Of a stretch of 50,906 nt of DNA, positions 28,312-38,842 are shown piece after piece (position 1 is the stretch's first letter; each line of letters begins with the position of its first letter). This stretch comes from Lysobacterales bacterium (GTDB taxonomy: Bacteria > Pseudomonadota > Gammaproteobacteria > Xanthomonadales > Rhodanobacteraceae): positions 1 through 50,906 of the forward strand of contig JBBRZD010000001.1 in NCBI GenBank assembly GCA_038237055.1. The letters are read 5' to 3'. The notes under the pieces were generated by a model. The model did no database searches. It was not told the origin of the DNA and saw nothing but the letters and a program-made list of their open reading frames with translations. The position numbers and the translations under genes are program-made.

Positions 28312-31149
28312 TCAGCGGAGTATCTTGCCGTCCGCATCGATGACCTTCACGTCTCCGATCTTGAGCGCGCGTATCGGCTGCTCGATCTTCTTCAAGTCGC
28401 CGACGACGACCCAGGTCAGTGCCGCGGGCTGGATGACTTCCTTTGCAGCCGCCTGTACTGCCGCGTCGGTCTGCGCTTCGATGCGCGGCTTCAAGGTTTG
28501 CACATAGTCATCCGGGCGGTCGTAGAGACGCATGCTGGTCATCGTGCCGAGCACCGCGCCGGTGGTTTGATATTCGCCCGGCAGGCTGCGCACGTCGCCG
28601 ACCTTGATCTTGTCGATTTCCTCGTGAGTCAGCGGCTTTGCGCCGATCACATCTTTTGCTTCGCGCTGGATCTCGGCGACCGATTCGCTGGTCTTGTCGG
28701 TCTGCACCGGCGCGTAGAGCATGAAGGGCCGTTGCCCGATCGCGTTTTGCAGAAAGCTGAAGGCGCCATACGCCCAGTGCTTGTCCTCACGCAGATTCAT
28801 GTTGAGGCGCGAGGTGAAGCTGCCACCGAACGCACCGCTCATGGTCTGGATTTCGAGGTTGTTCTTCGCCTTCGTCGACGGCGCGACTACGCCGGCGAGG
28901 ATCATCGATTGCGATGCGCCGGGTTTGTCGAGCAGGAACACGCGTGGAGTCGCTGGTTTGGCGACGTTCGCGATGTTCTTCTTGATCGGTGCGGTTGCGG
29001 GTGCCTTCCAGTCGCCGAACACCGCATCGAGCTTCGCCGTGATCGCCTCCAGCGTGGTATCGCCGGCGACCAGAATCGTCGCGTTGTCCGGGCGAATGAA
29101 ATCGCGCACGTAGGCGCGCAGGTCGTCCGCCGTCAGCCCGGCAATCGAGGCTTCCGTGCCCGAACCAGTGAACGGAATCGCATACGCATGGCCGGCGCCG
29201 TACAGCAGCGGCGGCAACGTGCGTAGCGCAAGGCCGGTGGGTTGTGTTTTTTCCTGCGCGATGCGCGCGAGCCACTGGCCGCGCACGCGTGCGATGTCGG
29301 CATCGTGGAACGCGGCATTGCGCACGATGTCGGCATACAGCTTGAGCGAGGGTTCAAGTTGCGAACTCAACGCGTTAAGACTCGCGGTTGAGCTGTCGAG
29401 ACCCGAGCCCGCACCCATGACAGCGCCGAGGCGCTCCGCGCGGCGCGCGATCTCGAGCGAATCGAGTTCCTTGGTGCCTTCATCGAGCATCGCCATCGTG
29501 AAGGCCGAAGTGCCGATCTTGCGCCCCTGGTCCGATGCGTATCCCGCATCGAACAGCAATTGCAGCTGCACCACCGGGATCGTGTGGCGCTGCGCTAGCA
29601 CCACCGCGACGCCGTTCTTGAGCTTGCCGTGTTCGAGTTTCGGGAAGGTGAGATCGGGGAAACTCGATACGACCGGCACACCCTTGCCGCGGTCGATATC
29701 GGACTTCGTGGTGTCGAAATCCTGCTTGGGCGGCAGGACAGCTGCGGGGCGGCCCTCGCGTGCGGCGAGACCAGTCTTCTCCATTTCGTCGTCGGCCGAG
29801 AAATCGGCATCTTTTGGCGCCGGCGTTACCGTCAGCGTGTAGTCGCCCTGCGCGATCCACTTCTTCGCCGCGGCGAGCACCTTCGCCGGTGTTGCGCTTT
29901 CGACGGCGGCGAGGTCGGCCTTGTAAACGGCCGGATCGCCACGGTAGACCTGTCCTTCGGCAAGGATCGATGCCTTGCCGTTGACCTTTTCAAGACCACG
30001 GATGAAGGACGCGCGCGTGTCGGTTTTGACGCGCGCCAGTTCGTCGTCGCTGGGGCCATCCTTCAGGAATTTCTTCCATTCGTCGGCGATGGCGGCTTCG
30101 ACCTTCGCTGGATCGACGCCTTTCTTCACGTCGACCTGCAATTGCAGCATCGATGCGAGGGCGATCGACGCCACGCCGACCGAAACGTTGTCGACCAGCT
30201 TGTCCTTGTAGACCAGGCGTTCGTAAAGTCGCGAGGTCTTGCCGCCGCCGAGCACGGCGCCGGCGAGTTCGACCAGCGCTTCATCGGCATTGTCGAGGCC
30301 AGGCACGTTCCACTCGCGCACCATGCGCGTCTGGGCGACGTGATCGAGCATCGTGTCACGCGTCGATTGCGTGCGCGGCACGGTCCACGCCTGCTGGCGC
30401 GCCACCGGCGGACCGGCCGGGATATCGCCGAAATACGCGAGCATCTTCGCTCTCGCCAATTCCGGTGTGATGTCGCCGACGAGCGCAACGGTTACATTCG
30501 CGGCACCGTAATAGGTGCCGAACCATTTCTTGACGTCGGCGAGCGAAGCGGCGTCAAGATCCTTCATCGACCCGATCGTGTCGTGGTGATACGGATGATT
30601 CGCCGGAAACGCATTTGCCGTGATGCGCTCATCGACGCGGCCGTAGGGCTGGTTCTCGCCCTGGCGTTTTTCGTTCTGCACGACGCCGCGCTGCTCGTCG
30701 AGTTCCTTCTGCCCGATTGCGCCGAGCAAGTGGCCCATGCGGTCCGATTCCATCCACAAGGTCATGTCGAGCGCCGTCGTCGGCACCGTCTCGAAATAGT
30801 TGGTGCGATCGAAGGAGGTCGTGCCGTTCTGGTCGGTCGCACCTGCGAGCTCGAACGGGCGGAAAAATTCGTCCTTGTGATTTTCCGAGCCCTGGAACAT
30901 CAGATGCTCGAACAGGTGTGCGAAACCGGTCTTGCCCTTCGGTTCGTCGGCAGAACCGACGTGATACCAGACGCTGACCGCGACAACGGGCGCCTTGTGG
31001 TCCTCGCTGACGATGACGGTGAGTCCGTTGGGCAGGGTGAAACGCGTGAACGGGATGTCGACGCTGTCGATTGCGGCGGCCTGCGCGCCTGCGCTGAAGC
31101 CAAGGATCAGGAAAGCGGCAGCTAGGCCGGTGGCGAGGTGCTTGCGCAT
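28312..31149 (-). CDS. M16 (pitrilysin/PqqL-like) zinc metallopeptidase, fused four-domain form
   Basis: GFAHLFEHLMF (HxxEH), NGTTSFDRTNY, second half KLKNG, SRLNMNLREDKHWAYG; signal peptide. Confidence 0.95.
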   Translation of the reverse strand: MRKHLATGLAAAFLILGFSAGAQAAAIDSVDIPFTRFTLPNGLTVIVSEDHKAPVVAVSVWYHVGSADEPKGKTGFAHLFEHLMFQGSENHKDEFFRPFELAGATDQNGTTSFDRTNYFETVPTTALDMTLWMESDRMGHLLGAIGQKELDEQRGVVQNEKRQGENQPYGRVDERITANAFPANHPYHHDTIGSMKDLDAASLADVKKWFGTYYGAANVTVALVGDITPELARAKMLAYFGDIPAGPPVARQQAWTVPRTQSTRDTMLDHVAQTRMVREWNVPGLDNADEALVELAGAVLGGGKTSRLYERLVYKDKLVDNVSVGVASIALASMLQLQVDVKKGVDPAKVEAAIADEWKKFLKDGPSDDELARVKTDTRASFIRGLEKVNGKASILAEGQVYRGDPAVYKADLAAVESATPAKVLAAAKKWIAQGDYTLTVTPAPKDADFSADDEMEKTGLAAREGRPAAVLPPKQDFDTTKSDIDRGKGVPVVSSFPDLTFPKLEHGKLKNGVAVVLAQRHTIPVVQLQLLFDAGYASDQGRKIGTSAFTMAMLDEGTKELDSLEIARRAERLGAVMGAGSGLDSSTASLNALSSQLEPSLKLYADIVRNAAFHDADIARVRGQWLARIAQEKTQPTGLALRTLPPLLYGAGHAYAIPFTGSGTEASIAGLTADDLRAYVRDFIRPDNATILVAGDTTLEAITAKLDAVFGDWKAPATAPIKKNIANVAKPATPRVFLLDKPGASQSMILAGVVAPSTKAKNNLEIQTMSGAFGGSFTSRLNMNLREDKHWAYGAFSFLQNAIGQRPFMLYAPVQTDKTSESVAEIQREAKDVIGAKPLTHEEIDKIKVGDVRSLPGEYQTTGAVLGTMTSMRLYDRPDDYVQTLKPRIEAQTDAAVQAAAKEVIQPAALTWVVVGDLKKIEQPIRALKIGDVKVIDADGKILR

Positions 31150-31295
31150 GGGTTCTCCTTGGCACGCGCGTCCCATTGGATGCGGCGGGTTGAATCGAAC
31201 GTTGAGGCTACGCTGGCAACGCGGGCGTCCGCAACGGACGATGGTCACGGCGTAGACTGTCTGGAGCAACATTTAGTTGCGTTACAGGGATCGGC

Positions 31296-31988
31296 ATGAC
31301 CCATGTCCTCGTCACCGGTGCGAACCGCGGCCTTGGCCTCGAGTTCGTGCGCCAGCTGCTTGGCCGCGGCGAACGCGTGATTGCGGCCTGTCGCCATCCC
31401 GGCCGCGCGATTGAATTGACGCGTCTTGCCGGTGAACACCCGGGGCATCTGACCGTGTTGCCGCTGGCGTTGCCGGACGCGCGTTCCATGGCTGAGCTCG
31501 TGCGTGAAATCGATGCGTTGGATGTCCGCATCGGCTTGCTCATCAACAATGCAGGAATGCTGGTATCCGGCGAGCGCTTCGGGTCGATCGAGGCGAAGTC
31601 GTTGCACGACAGCTTCGCCGCCAACGCGCAGGGACCGCTGTTGCTGACGCAAGCGCTCGCGGCGCGTCTTGCCGATCATGCGAAAGTGATCAACCTGTCG
31701 AGCGGACTCGCGTCGATCGCGGGCGCCGATTCGCTCCATAGCCCAAGTTATTCGATCAGCAAGGCCGCGTTGAACATGGCCAGCAAACTGCTTTCAATTG
31801 CGCTGGCCGATCGTGGCATCGTCGTGATCGCACTGAGTCCGGGCTGGGTCCAGACCGACATGGGCGGCGTCGGAGCGACGTTGACGCCGGCGCAATCGAT
31901 AACGGCAATGCTTCGCGTCATCGACGGCTTGCAGATTTCCGATACGGGCGCCTTCCTCGCCCACAGCGGCAAACCGATCGCGTGGTAG
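31296..31988 (+). CDS. Short-chain dehydrogenase/reductase (C-factor/CsgA-like)
   Basis: TGANRGLG, NNAG, YSISK, SPGWVQTDMGG. Confidence 0.92.
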   Translation: MTHVLVTGANRGLGLEFVRQLLGRGERVIAACRHPGRAIELTRLAGEHPGHLTVLPLALPDARSMAELVREIDALDVRIGLLINNAGMLVSGERFGSIEAKSLHDSFAANAQGPLLLTQALAARLADHAKVINLSSGLASIAGADSLHSPSYSISKAALNMASKLLSIALADRGIVVIALSPGWVQTDMGGVGATLTPAQSITAMLRVIDGLQISDTGAFLAHSGKPIAW

Positions 31989-32316
31989 CCGCTTTGCGAT
32001 AGCGTCTGCAGACGCAGTGTTCGTCCGTCGGCGTGTCCGATCGATGTCCGCGGACGCTGCCTCGCCTTGAATGATGCGATCGCGTTGATTTTCGTTGCAC
32101 GCGTGCAGATTTTCGCGGGCTGCTGCTGCGCTGAACGCGCGCACCGCACTGCGACGCCATTCTGCGAAAACGCCGCATGACTTCCGGGCTAGCAACTCTT
32201 GCGCGCTTTCGCGCGTCCAACCAGTCGTGAACACGCCGAGCTTCGGGACTGGCACAACGCTTGCTCTACGAAGTCTGCAAGCCCTGAATCGCAGAAATAT
32301 TTTGCAGGAGAACAGC

Positions 32317-32727
32317 ATGAACATGAATACCGTTTTCATCCGCGCCGCGATCGCCACCGCGTTCGTTGGACTGAGCTTCACCGCCGTGCGCGTGCCACAA
32401 GCCGCGGCGCAGGATGCCGTTTCAGTATCGGTCGATGCGCGCGCGCCGCTGCAGGTCACCTTGCTGCCGATGGTTACTGTCGTCGCCAGCGCCGGCAATC
32501 CGGAAGCGCTTGGCACTGCCCATCTCGCCAACGACGAGGCCTTGTCCGTCACCCTGATGCCGACCGTGTCCGTGAACACGCGTGCGCCGGCATTGGCATC
32601 GACGCCGCCCTCGGCGAATACGACTCGTGTCGTCGCCGTCGATTCTGCGGTGTCTGGATTGCCGCGCATCGACGTTGAGCGCGTCGATGCAGCGCCGACG
32701 TTGCGCGCGCGCGTGTTGCCCCGATAA
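32317..32727 (+). CDS. Small secreted hypothetical protein with repeated LPxVxV motifs
   Basis: AGGAG RBS, signal peptide ending AAA-Q, repeats VTLLPMVTV / VTLMPTVSV / LPRIDV. Confidence 0.7.
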   Translation: MNMNTVFIRAAIATAFVGLSFTAVRVPQAAAQDAVSVSVDARAPLQVTLLPMVTVVASAGNPEALGTAHLANDEALSVTLMPTVSVNTRAPALASTPPSANTTRVVAVDSAVSGLPRIDVERVDAAPTLRARVLPR

Positions 32728-32734
32728 TGCGTGC

Positions 32735-33199
32735 GTGCTGCATGTCGTCCTTTTCCAACCCGAAATTCCGCCGAACACCGGCAATGTGATTCGCCTGTGC
32801 GCGAACAGCGGCGCCGCCTTGCATCTGATTCGGCCGCTCGGCTTCGAGCTCGATGACGCAAAGCTGCGTCGCGCCGGGCTCGACTATCACGAGTTCACGC
32901 GCATCGCAGTGCACGACAACCTCGCTGAGTTCATCACGACCGTGCAGCCGCGGCGTCTGTTTGCCGTGTCGACACGCGGCCGCGTTCGTTACGACACGAT
33001 CGCGTATGCGGACGGTGACGCGGTATTGTTCGGCCCGGAAACGCGTGGCCTGCCGCAGGATCTGCTCGATGGAATCGATCCCGCGCAGCGCCTGCGTCTG
33101 CCGATGCGGCCGGACAATCGCAGCTTGAATCTCTCCAATGCGGTTGCGATCGTCGTCTACGAGGCGTGGCGACAGATAGGGTTCGACGGCGCGACATAG
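32735..33199 (+). CDS. trmL: tRNA (cytidine/uridine34-2'-O)-methyltransferase
   Basis: [43 protein letters not shown]. Confidence 0.95.
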   Translation: MLHVVLFQPEIPPNTGNVIRLCANSGAALHLIRPLGFELDDAKLRRAGLDYHEFTRIAVHDNLAEFITTVQPRRLFAVSTRGRVRYDTIAYADGDAVLFGPETRGLPQDLLDGIDPAQRLRLPMRPDNRSLNLSNAVAIVVYEAWRQIGFDGAT

Positions 33200-33213
33200 G
33201 AAGCCCCTGTTTT

Positions 33214-33318
33214 GTGGGAACTTCAGCCGTGATGCCTTTAGCCGTCCCCTTCAAGGGGAGCGTTGGGTGGGGATAGTGACACGTCGCAACCCACATCGCG
33301 GCTGAAGCCGCCGCCGCA
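33214..33318. repeat. Composite REP/BIME-like element
   Basis: Outer inverted repeat cttcagccgtgatg (33221-33234) / catcgcggctgaag (33294-33307) encloses tccccttcaagggga (33245-33259). Confidence 0.65.
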
Positions 33319-33334
33319 TTGCTTCTTGTGCGGA

Positions 33335-34339
33335 CTACGGATACTCGGGTTTCTGTTCGCGCGAGATCAGCGCTCGCATGCCTTCCGCTGGCGTCAATTC
33401 CTCATGCAGCACGCGTTGCACGAGCGCGCTGATCGGCAGCTCGACGCCGTGTTCGTTCGCGATTTTCATGACCGTGTCGACGGTCTGCACGCTTTCAACG
33501 ACCTGACCAATCTCGGCGATTGCTTGTTGCAACCCGATGCCCTGACCGAGCGCAATACCGAGGCGGCGATTGCGTGAGAGATCGCCGGTACAGGTCAATA
33601 CCAGATCGCCCAGCCCGGCCAGACCCATCAACGTTTCCGGTCGCGTGCCGAGCGCCGCACCAAGACGCAGCATTTCGGCGAGTCCGCGCGTGATCAGTCC
33701 CGCGCGCGCATTGAGTCCGCACTGCATGCCGTCCGCGACACCGGTCGCGACAGCCAGCACGTTTTTCATGGCGCCACCGAGCTCGGCGCCGAGCACATCA
33801 CTGCCTGTATAGGCGCGGAATCGTGGCGAATGCAGTTGCTGTGCGACCGCGAGTGCGAAGTCCGCGTCGGCCGAATGCACGGTCAGCGCAGTCGGCAGTC
33901 CCATCGCGACTTCGCGTGCGAACGAGGGCCCGGTAACGACCGCGCCGGCGTGGCCGGGCAGGCGTTCGGCGACGAGTTCGTGCAGGAAGCGCCCGGACGC
34001 GGGATCAAAACCCTTCGTCGCCCAGACGACACCGACACCCGGCGCTACCCACGGCGCGATGGCGTCGAGGAGTTCACTGAACGCATGGCTTGGCACCGCG
34101 ATCAAAATCGTACCGGCATCGCGCACGGTGGGTTCGATCATCGCCGACAGTTGCAGACTGGATGGAAATTCCAGATCGGGCAGGTAGCGCGTATTGCGTC
34201 GCGCGGTCGCCATGTCAACCACGGCCTGCGGCGTGCGGCCCCACAGCGTGGTCGGAACACCGTTGCGTGCGAGCTGCACCGCGAGTGCGGTTCCCCACGA
34301 ACCGGCGCCGAGTACCGCGACCGGTCGTGAGCTGTTCAT
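33335..34339 (-). CDS. gpsA: NAD(P)H-dependent glycerol-3-phosphate dehydrogenase
   Basis: [46 protein letters not shown]. Confidence 0.97.
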   Translation of the reverse strand: MNSSRPVAVLGAGSWGTALAVQLARNGVPTTLWGRTPQAVVDMATARRNTRYLPDLEFPSSLQLSAMIEPTVRDAGTILIAVPSHAFSELLDAIAPWVAPGVGVVWATKGFDPASGRFLHELVAERLPGHAGAVVTGPSFAREVAMGLPTALTVHSADADFALAVAQQLHSPRFRAYTGSDVLGAELGGAMKNVLAVATGVADGMQCGLNARAGLITRGLAEMLRLGAALGTRPETLMGLAGLGDLVLTCTGDLSRNRRLGIALGQGIGLQQAIAEIGQVVESVQTVDTVMKIANEHGVELPISALVQRVLHEELTPAEGMRALISREQKPEYP

Positions 34340-34362
34340 CGTCGAGGGGTGCCGACGTCAGA

Positions 34363-34866
34363 TCACTGCAGCACGGGAGCCGCATCGACAGGCGCTTCGG
34401 CGCGGCGGCGCATCTGCTCTGCATACAACGCATCGAAATTGATCGGCTGCAGGAAGAACGGCGGGAAGCCACCGTTCTGGACCAGGTCCGAAATGATCTG
34501 GCGCGCGTAGGGGAACAGCACGTTCGGGCAATACGTCGCGAGGACGCCTTCGCGGGCCTGATCATCGAAACCGGTGAGGCCGAAGATGCCGGCCTGATGG
34601 ACTTCGGCAAGGTAAGCGGTCTTGTCTTCGACCTTGCAAGTCGCAGTGACGCTGAGCACGACTTCGAAATTGTCGCCGCCGAGCTGCGCAACGCGCTGGC
34701 TCAGGTTCAATTCGACGTTCGGCTGCCCCTGCTGCTGGAAGACCTGCGGCGAACCCGGCGCTTCGAACGACACATCTTTCACGTAGATGCGCTGAAGGTT
34801 CAGCTGGGCCTGCCCCGCTTGCGGAAGCGCCTGGCCGTTGGCCGCGCCGTTGGTGTTGTCTGCCAT
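34363..34866 (-). CDS. secB: Protein-export chaperone
   Basis: QRIYVKDVSFEAP, EVHQAGIF, CPNVLFPYAR, PINFDALY. Confidence 0.97.
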   Translation of the reverse strand: MADNTNGAANGQALPQAGQAQLNLQRIYVKDVSFEAPGSPQVFQQQGQPNVELNLSQRVAQLGGDNFEVVLSVTATCKVEDKTAYLAEVHQAGIFGLTGFDDQAREGVLATYCPNVLFPYARQIISDLVQNGGFPPFFLQPINFDALYAEQMRRRAEAPVDAAPVLQ

Positions 34867-35226
34867 GGGTTGCTCAATGAAAGGTAAAAAGGGGAGCGAT
34901 TATCCCACGGACACGCGGACGGCGCACCCGAACTGTTTCCGTAAGCCTGTTTTGCGCAGGTGACGGGGCTATGGTGCGCGCCAAAACCGCATATCAGTCA
35001 GCAGTCGCAACCTGGTCGCGGGTGGCTCATATCGCAGCGCTGTGGCATCTGTGCCAGCACGTCGCTGCCGAGTCCGGGATGCGAGGGTGCGGTTTCTGAT
35101 TTTGGATGGCTGTAGTCGAGCATTACGCGCGTACCCACAAGTCCTTCCAGCGCTTACCCGCAACCATCGAACGCGTGCTGAAGGAACGACCTGGCAAAAA
35201 AACGACGGTGCGACGTGACGCGCGTT

Positions 35227-35670
35227 TCAGGCCCGTCCCTTCGCCTGCGGCATCTGCGCTTCGCTCCACGAACCCATGCCGCCTTCGAGCCAGAACACTT
35301 TCGTGAAGCCGGCTTTCTTCAAGCGCTGCGCGGCTTGTGCCGAAGTCTGGCCGGTCTTGCAGACGATCGCGACCGGCAACTCCTTCGCATTGACGAGATC
35401 CTTTCCCTCAGGATCGAACTGGCTCATCGCCACCGCCTTCGCCCCCGGAATATGGCCCTTCTCGAAATCCGCCTGCGGCGACACATCGATCAGCAAGGCG
35501 TTCTCACGGTTGATAAGTTGTGTGAGGCCGGCCGGCGTCAACGCGGTGTAACCGCGAGTGAAGCGCTGCGCTTCGGTGAACAGGAGCGCGACGATCACGC
35601 CGATCAGGCCGAGCGTCAGATAGAAATGATTGCCGAGGAACTCGGGCAGGCGATGCAGAATGTCGGACAT
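35227..35670 (-). CDS. Membrane-anchored rhodanese-like protein (YibN-like)
   Basis: N-terminal TM, IDVS...FEKGHIPGA, VCKTG, LEGG...W; usual position upstream of secB. Confidence 0.9.
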   Translation of the reverse strand: MSDILHRLPEFLGNHFYLTLGLIGVIVALLFTEAQRFTRGYTALTPAGLTQLINRENALLIDVSPQADFEKGHIPGAKAVAMSQFDPEGKDLVNAKELPVAIVCKTGQTSAQAAQRLKKAGFTKVFWLEGGMGSWSEAQMPQAKGRA

Positions 35671-35785
35671 GGGATTCGAGATTGAAGGCGCTTAAGCGCC
35701 GCGGCCGCGGATTATCCAAGAGCGGGGCCGGTCGCGCCACAACCATCCGCAACTAGCTCTTTCCTGCGGCTGATTCCGCCCGCTT

Positions 35786-36211
35786 TCATTCGTGCCGTGA
35801 GATATCCGGCAATCCGGTCATCAGCCACCAATGCTTGGTGGGCTCGTCGTACCGCCAGACTTGATTGTCCACTACGCTGCGGGCCGCCTGCGTCGCGATA
35901 TTGATCAGGCCGATCTCGACCGTTTGGCGCACTTCGTTCGTGCCGACCGGTATCCGCGGCCGTTCGTTGTAGCCGGTAATCTCGACCTGCTTGAAGCGCG
36001 CGAGTTCGAGCGAGGTTGGTGGATGCTCTTTGAGCACCTTGGGATCGATGAAGGCCTCGCCCTGCGTCACGTCGCCCCAACGGATCGTCGACGCATACGT
36101 AAGCAACGTCTCATCGAGGAGCGTGTCCTTCGAACGCATATTCGTTGTCGCGCAGGCGCCGAGCAATACGCTCGACAGCACGATCGACGCAGCGATTGGA
36201 TAACGACGCAT
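35786..36211 (-). CDS. Conserved hypothetical lipoprotein
   Basis: LLGAC lipobox; YASTIRWGD; terminal WRYDE...WWL.TGLP. Confidence 0.8.
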   Translation of the reverse strand: MRRYPIAASIVLSSVLLGACATTNMRSKDTLLDETLLTYASTIRWGDVTQGEAFIDPKVLKEHPPTSLELARFKQVEITGYNERPRIPVGTNEVRQTVEIGLINIATQAARSVVDNQVWRYDEPTKHWWLMTGLPDISRHE

Positions 36212-36255
36212 GGCGAATCTCCGTTGCAGGGCCGGAGCCGAATGTACCCTGCGCG

Positions 36256-36735
36256 TCAGCGTTTCGCGAGTGCGACGAAACGTGCCTCCAGTGTCGCAGC
36301 CTCGCCGCCGTCGGGTAGCGGCACGGTGCAGAGCACGCTCAAGCGCCCCTTGCCGCGTCCGGCAAGCGCGTCAAAGAACGCCGCGAAGGTGTCGCCGTGA
36401 GCAAGTTGTGCCGTCGTGCTGAAATCCTGCCAGACCGGCGCGAGGTAGCGGATGGTACTGTCCTGCACGTAGATATCGCAGTCGAGATTGCGGGCGTCGA
36501 CCGCGAGTTTCACCAAACCCCAGCCGGCCAGCGTCATCAGACTGGCAAGGCTGCCGCCGAACGCACAGCCCTTGTCGTTGATATTCGGTGCGAGTGGTGC
36601 AGCGAGCGTCAACGAATCTCCGTCGTAGGCGCCGACGGAGAGGGACATCGCGCGTGCGAGCGGGATGTCGGCGAGGAGTTCGTGTTCGAGCGCGATCGCA
36701 AAGGGCGCTTTCGATTCGTCTGACGAATTCGGCAT
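36256..36735 (-). CDS. YiiD C-terminal-type thioesterase
   Basis: IPLARAM, APLAPNINDKGCAFGGSL, IRYLAPV. Confidence 0.88.
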   Translation of the reverse strand: MPNSSDESKAPFAIALEHELLADIPLARAMSLSVGAYDGDSLTLAAPLAPNINDKGCAFGGSLASLMTLAGWGLVKLAVDARNLDCDIYVQDSTIRYLAPVWQDFSTTAQLAHGDTFAAFFDALAGRGKGRLSVLCTVPLPDGGEAATLEARFVALAKR

Positions 36736-36860
36736 TGTGGGATGGTGTGACGAGGGTCGCGAAGTGTGCTCAAGCCGCCTGACGCCCGCAAGCTCTCCGC
36801 GCTCATGCCATCCGTACCGCGCGCGTATCATCGACCGATGCCATCCACAGGGCGGCGACG

Positions 36861-37649
36861 ATGCCTGAACAGCTTTCCGCTTCTGCGCTTGCCGGTGTCA
36901 CCGTCGTGGTTACGCGACCGAGCGGGACAGCCGCATCGCTGTTGACCCGCGCGCGCGCCATGGGTGCCTCGGCGATTGCGCTGCCGGGCCTGTCCCTGCG
37001 CGAGACGGGCGACGGACAGGGCGCGCAGTCGATCCTGCGTGCGGGACGAGACGCGCATGCATGGATATTCACCAGTCCCTCCGCTGTGCGCTACGCGTTT
37101 CGCCTCAGCCCCGGTTTGGAAATCCGACGCGACGCGAGCGCATTCGGCGTGGGCGCAGGCACGCAGCGTGCGCTTGCGCGTCACGGGATTCCTGCGCAGG
37201 TGCCGACCGAACGCAGGGATAGCGAAGCCCTCCTCGCGATGTCCGCGCTCGCCAGCGTGGGTGGACAGCATATTGCGTTGGTGGGCGCGCCGGGCGGCCG
37301 CCAGCTGATTGCCGACACGTTGCGGCACCGCGGCGCGCGGGTCGACGTTATCCACGTCTACGAGCGACGACCGCCGCGCCTGACTCGACGTCATTTTGAC
37401 GCGCTTGCGCGGGCGTCCGATCCGCTGATCATGCTCGTCTCGAGTGCAGAGGCGCTAACCAACCTTGTGGCGTTGCTGCCGGCACACCTTCTGACGCGGT
37501 TGCGTCATCAAATATTGGTGGTCAGCAGCGTCCGGCTTGCCATGATTGCCGGCGAGCACGGCTTCGAGGATGTCCAGATGGCGGCGTCAGCATCACCGGA
37601 CGACCTGTTGCATGCGGCCGGCAAGGCATTGGTTCGACATCGCTTGTGA
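36861..37649 (+). CDS. hemD: Uroporphyrinogen-III synthase
   Basis: VVVTRP, IFTSPSAV, VGAGT, SEALL, GGRQLI, VYER. Confidence 0.92.
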   Translation: MPEQLSASALAGVTVVVTRPSGTAASLLTRARAMGASAIALPGLSLRETGDGQGAQSILRAGRDAHAWIFTSPSAVRYAFRLSPGLEIRRDASAFGVGAGTQRALARHGIPAQVPTERRDSEALLAMSALASVGGQHIALVGAPGGRQLIADTLRHRGARVDVIHVYERRPPRLTRRHFDALARASDPLIMLVSSAEALTNLVALLPAHLLTRLRHQILVVSSVRLAMIAGEHGFEDVQMAASASPDDLLHAAGKALVRHRL

Positions 37650-37705
37650 CAACGGGCCGCTGATTCGAAGCTGCCGCAGACGCGTACTTGGGCTAGCATG
37701 CGAGC

Positions 37706-38842
37706 ATGACAGACGACACCGAAAATACCTTGCCCGCGCCGATGATTGAATCGACCGCATCCTCGCCGCAGAAGCAGGCCGGCACTCCGCGCAGCGGCTC
37801 CGGCGTCGCCTGGGCCGTGGCTTTGCTGGCCCTGATCCTCGGCGGCGTTGCGCTGTGGCGTGATTATGTGATCGAGCATGGTCAGGCGAATGCGCAATCG
37901 GGCATGCGCAATGAATTTTCCGCACGCATCGATGAACTCGCGCGCGGCGCCGAGCAGCGCAAGCGCGATTTCGAATCGTTGCGCACGCGGCTCGCCGATG
38001 CGGACAGCGTCAACAAGAGTGTGCGCGAGGAAATGCTCGGGCTGGGCGAGCGCTCGCGTCATCTCGAAGATGCAGTCGCCAATCTTGCCGAACAGCGCTT
38101 GACGGGGCGCGATGCGCTCGCCTTGAACGAAGCGGAATTCCTGCTGCTGCAGGCGCAGGAACGTCTTGCGCTGTTTCAGGACGCGCAGGCCGCGATTTCC
38201 GCGTACAAACTGGCCGATTCCGCACTTGCTGCGGCCGAAGATCCGGTGTTTTCATCGGTCCGCGAGACGATCGGCGCAGAACGGGGCGCGCTCGAAGCAA
38301 GCAAGCCGGTCGAGACGCAGGCAGCAATTGCCGCGATCGAACGCGTGCGCGCCGCACTGCCGGGTTTGTCGGCGGAGCACGCGGCATCGGCCGAGCCGGC
38401 GTCGGCCTCGCGCTTGCAGAAATTTTTCTCGCAGTTCGTGCGTATCAGCACGACCAACGATACCGATACGAACACGCAACACGATATCGGGCTGATTCGC
38501 TCGCTTGCCGCGATCGACTTGCGCGCCGCCGAAGCCGCCCTGCTCGCGCGTGATGCGGAGGGCTACAGGCTGGCCCTGCAGCGGGCGCGAGCCGGCCTTG
38601 TTGCGGGCTTCGATGCGCAGTCGGCGCCGGTGAAGGAAGCGCTTGCCGAGCTCGATCGCCGTGCCAGCGAGCCGCTCGCGCCGGCGCTCCCGGAACTGGG
38701 CAGCGCACTGAAGGAATTGCGCAATCTGCGCGCGACACGCGCATTGGCGCAGCCGCCGCTTGCGACACCGGCGCAAACGCCGCCGCCAAGCGCCGAGAAA
38801 CCAGGTGCGATCGCGCCGAAAAAGATCGAGGCCGACGCATGA
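37706..38842 (+). CDS. hemX: HemX-family membrane protein
   Basis: N-terminal TM, coiled coil, EAEFLL..AQERL.L..D; lies between hemD and hemY. Confidence 0.85.
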   Translation: MTDDTENTLPAPMIESTASSPQKQAGTPRSGSGVAWAVALLALILGGVALWRDYVIEHGQANAQSGMRNEFSARIDELARGAEQRKRDFESLRTRLADADSVNKSVREEMLGLGERSRHLEDAVANLAEQRLTGRDALALNEAEFLLLQAQERLALFQDAQAAISAYKLADSALAAAEDPVFSSVRETIGAERGALEASKPVETQAAIAAIERVRAALPGLSAEHAASAEPASASRLQKFFSQFVRISTTNDTDTNTQHDIGLIRSLAAIDLRAAEAALLARDAEGYRLALQRARAGLVAGFDAQSAPVKEALAELDRRASEPLAPALPELGSALKELRNLRATRALAQPPLATPAQTPPPSAEKPGAIAPKKIEADA

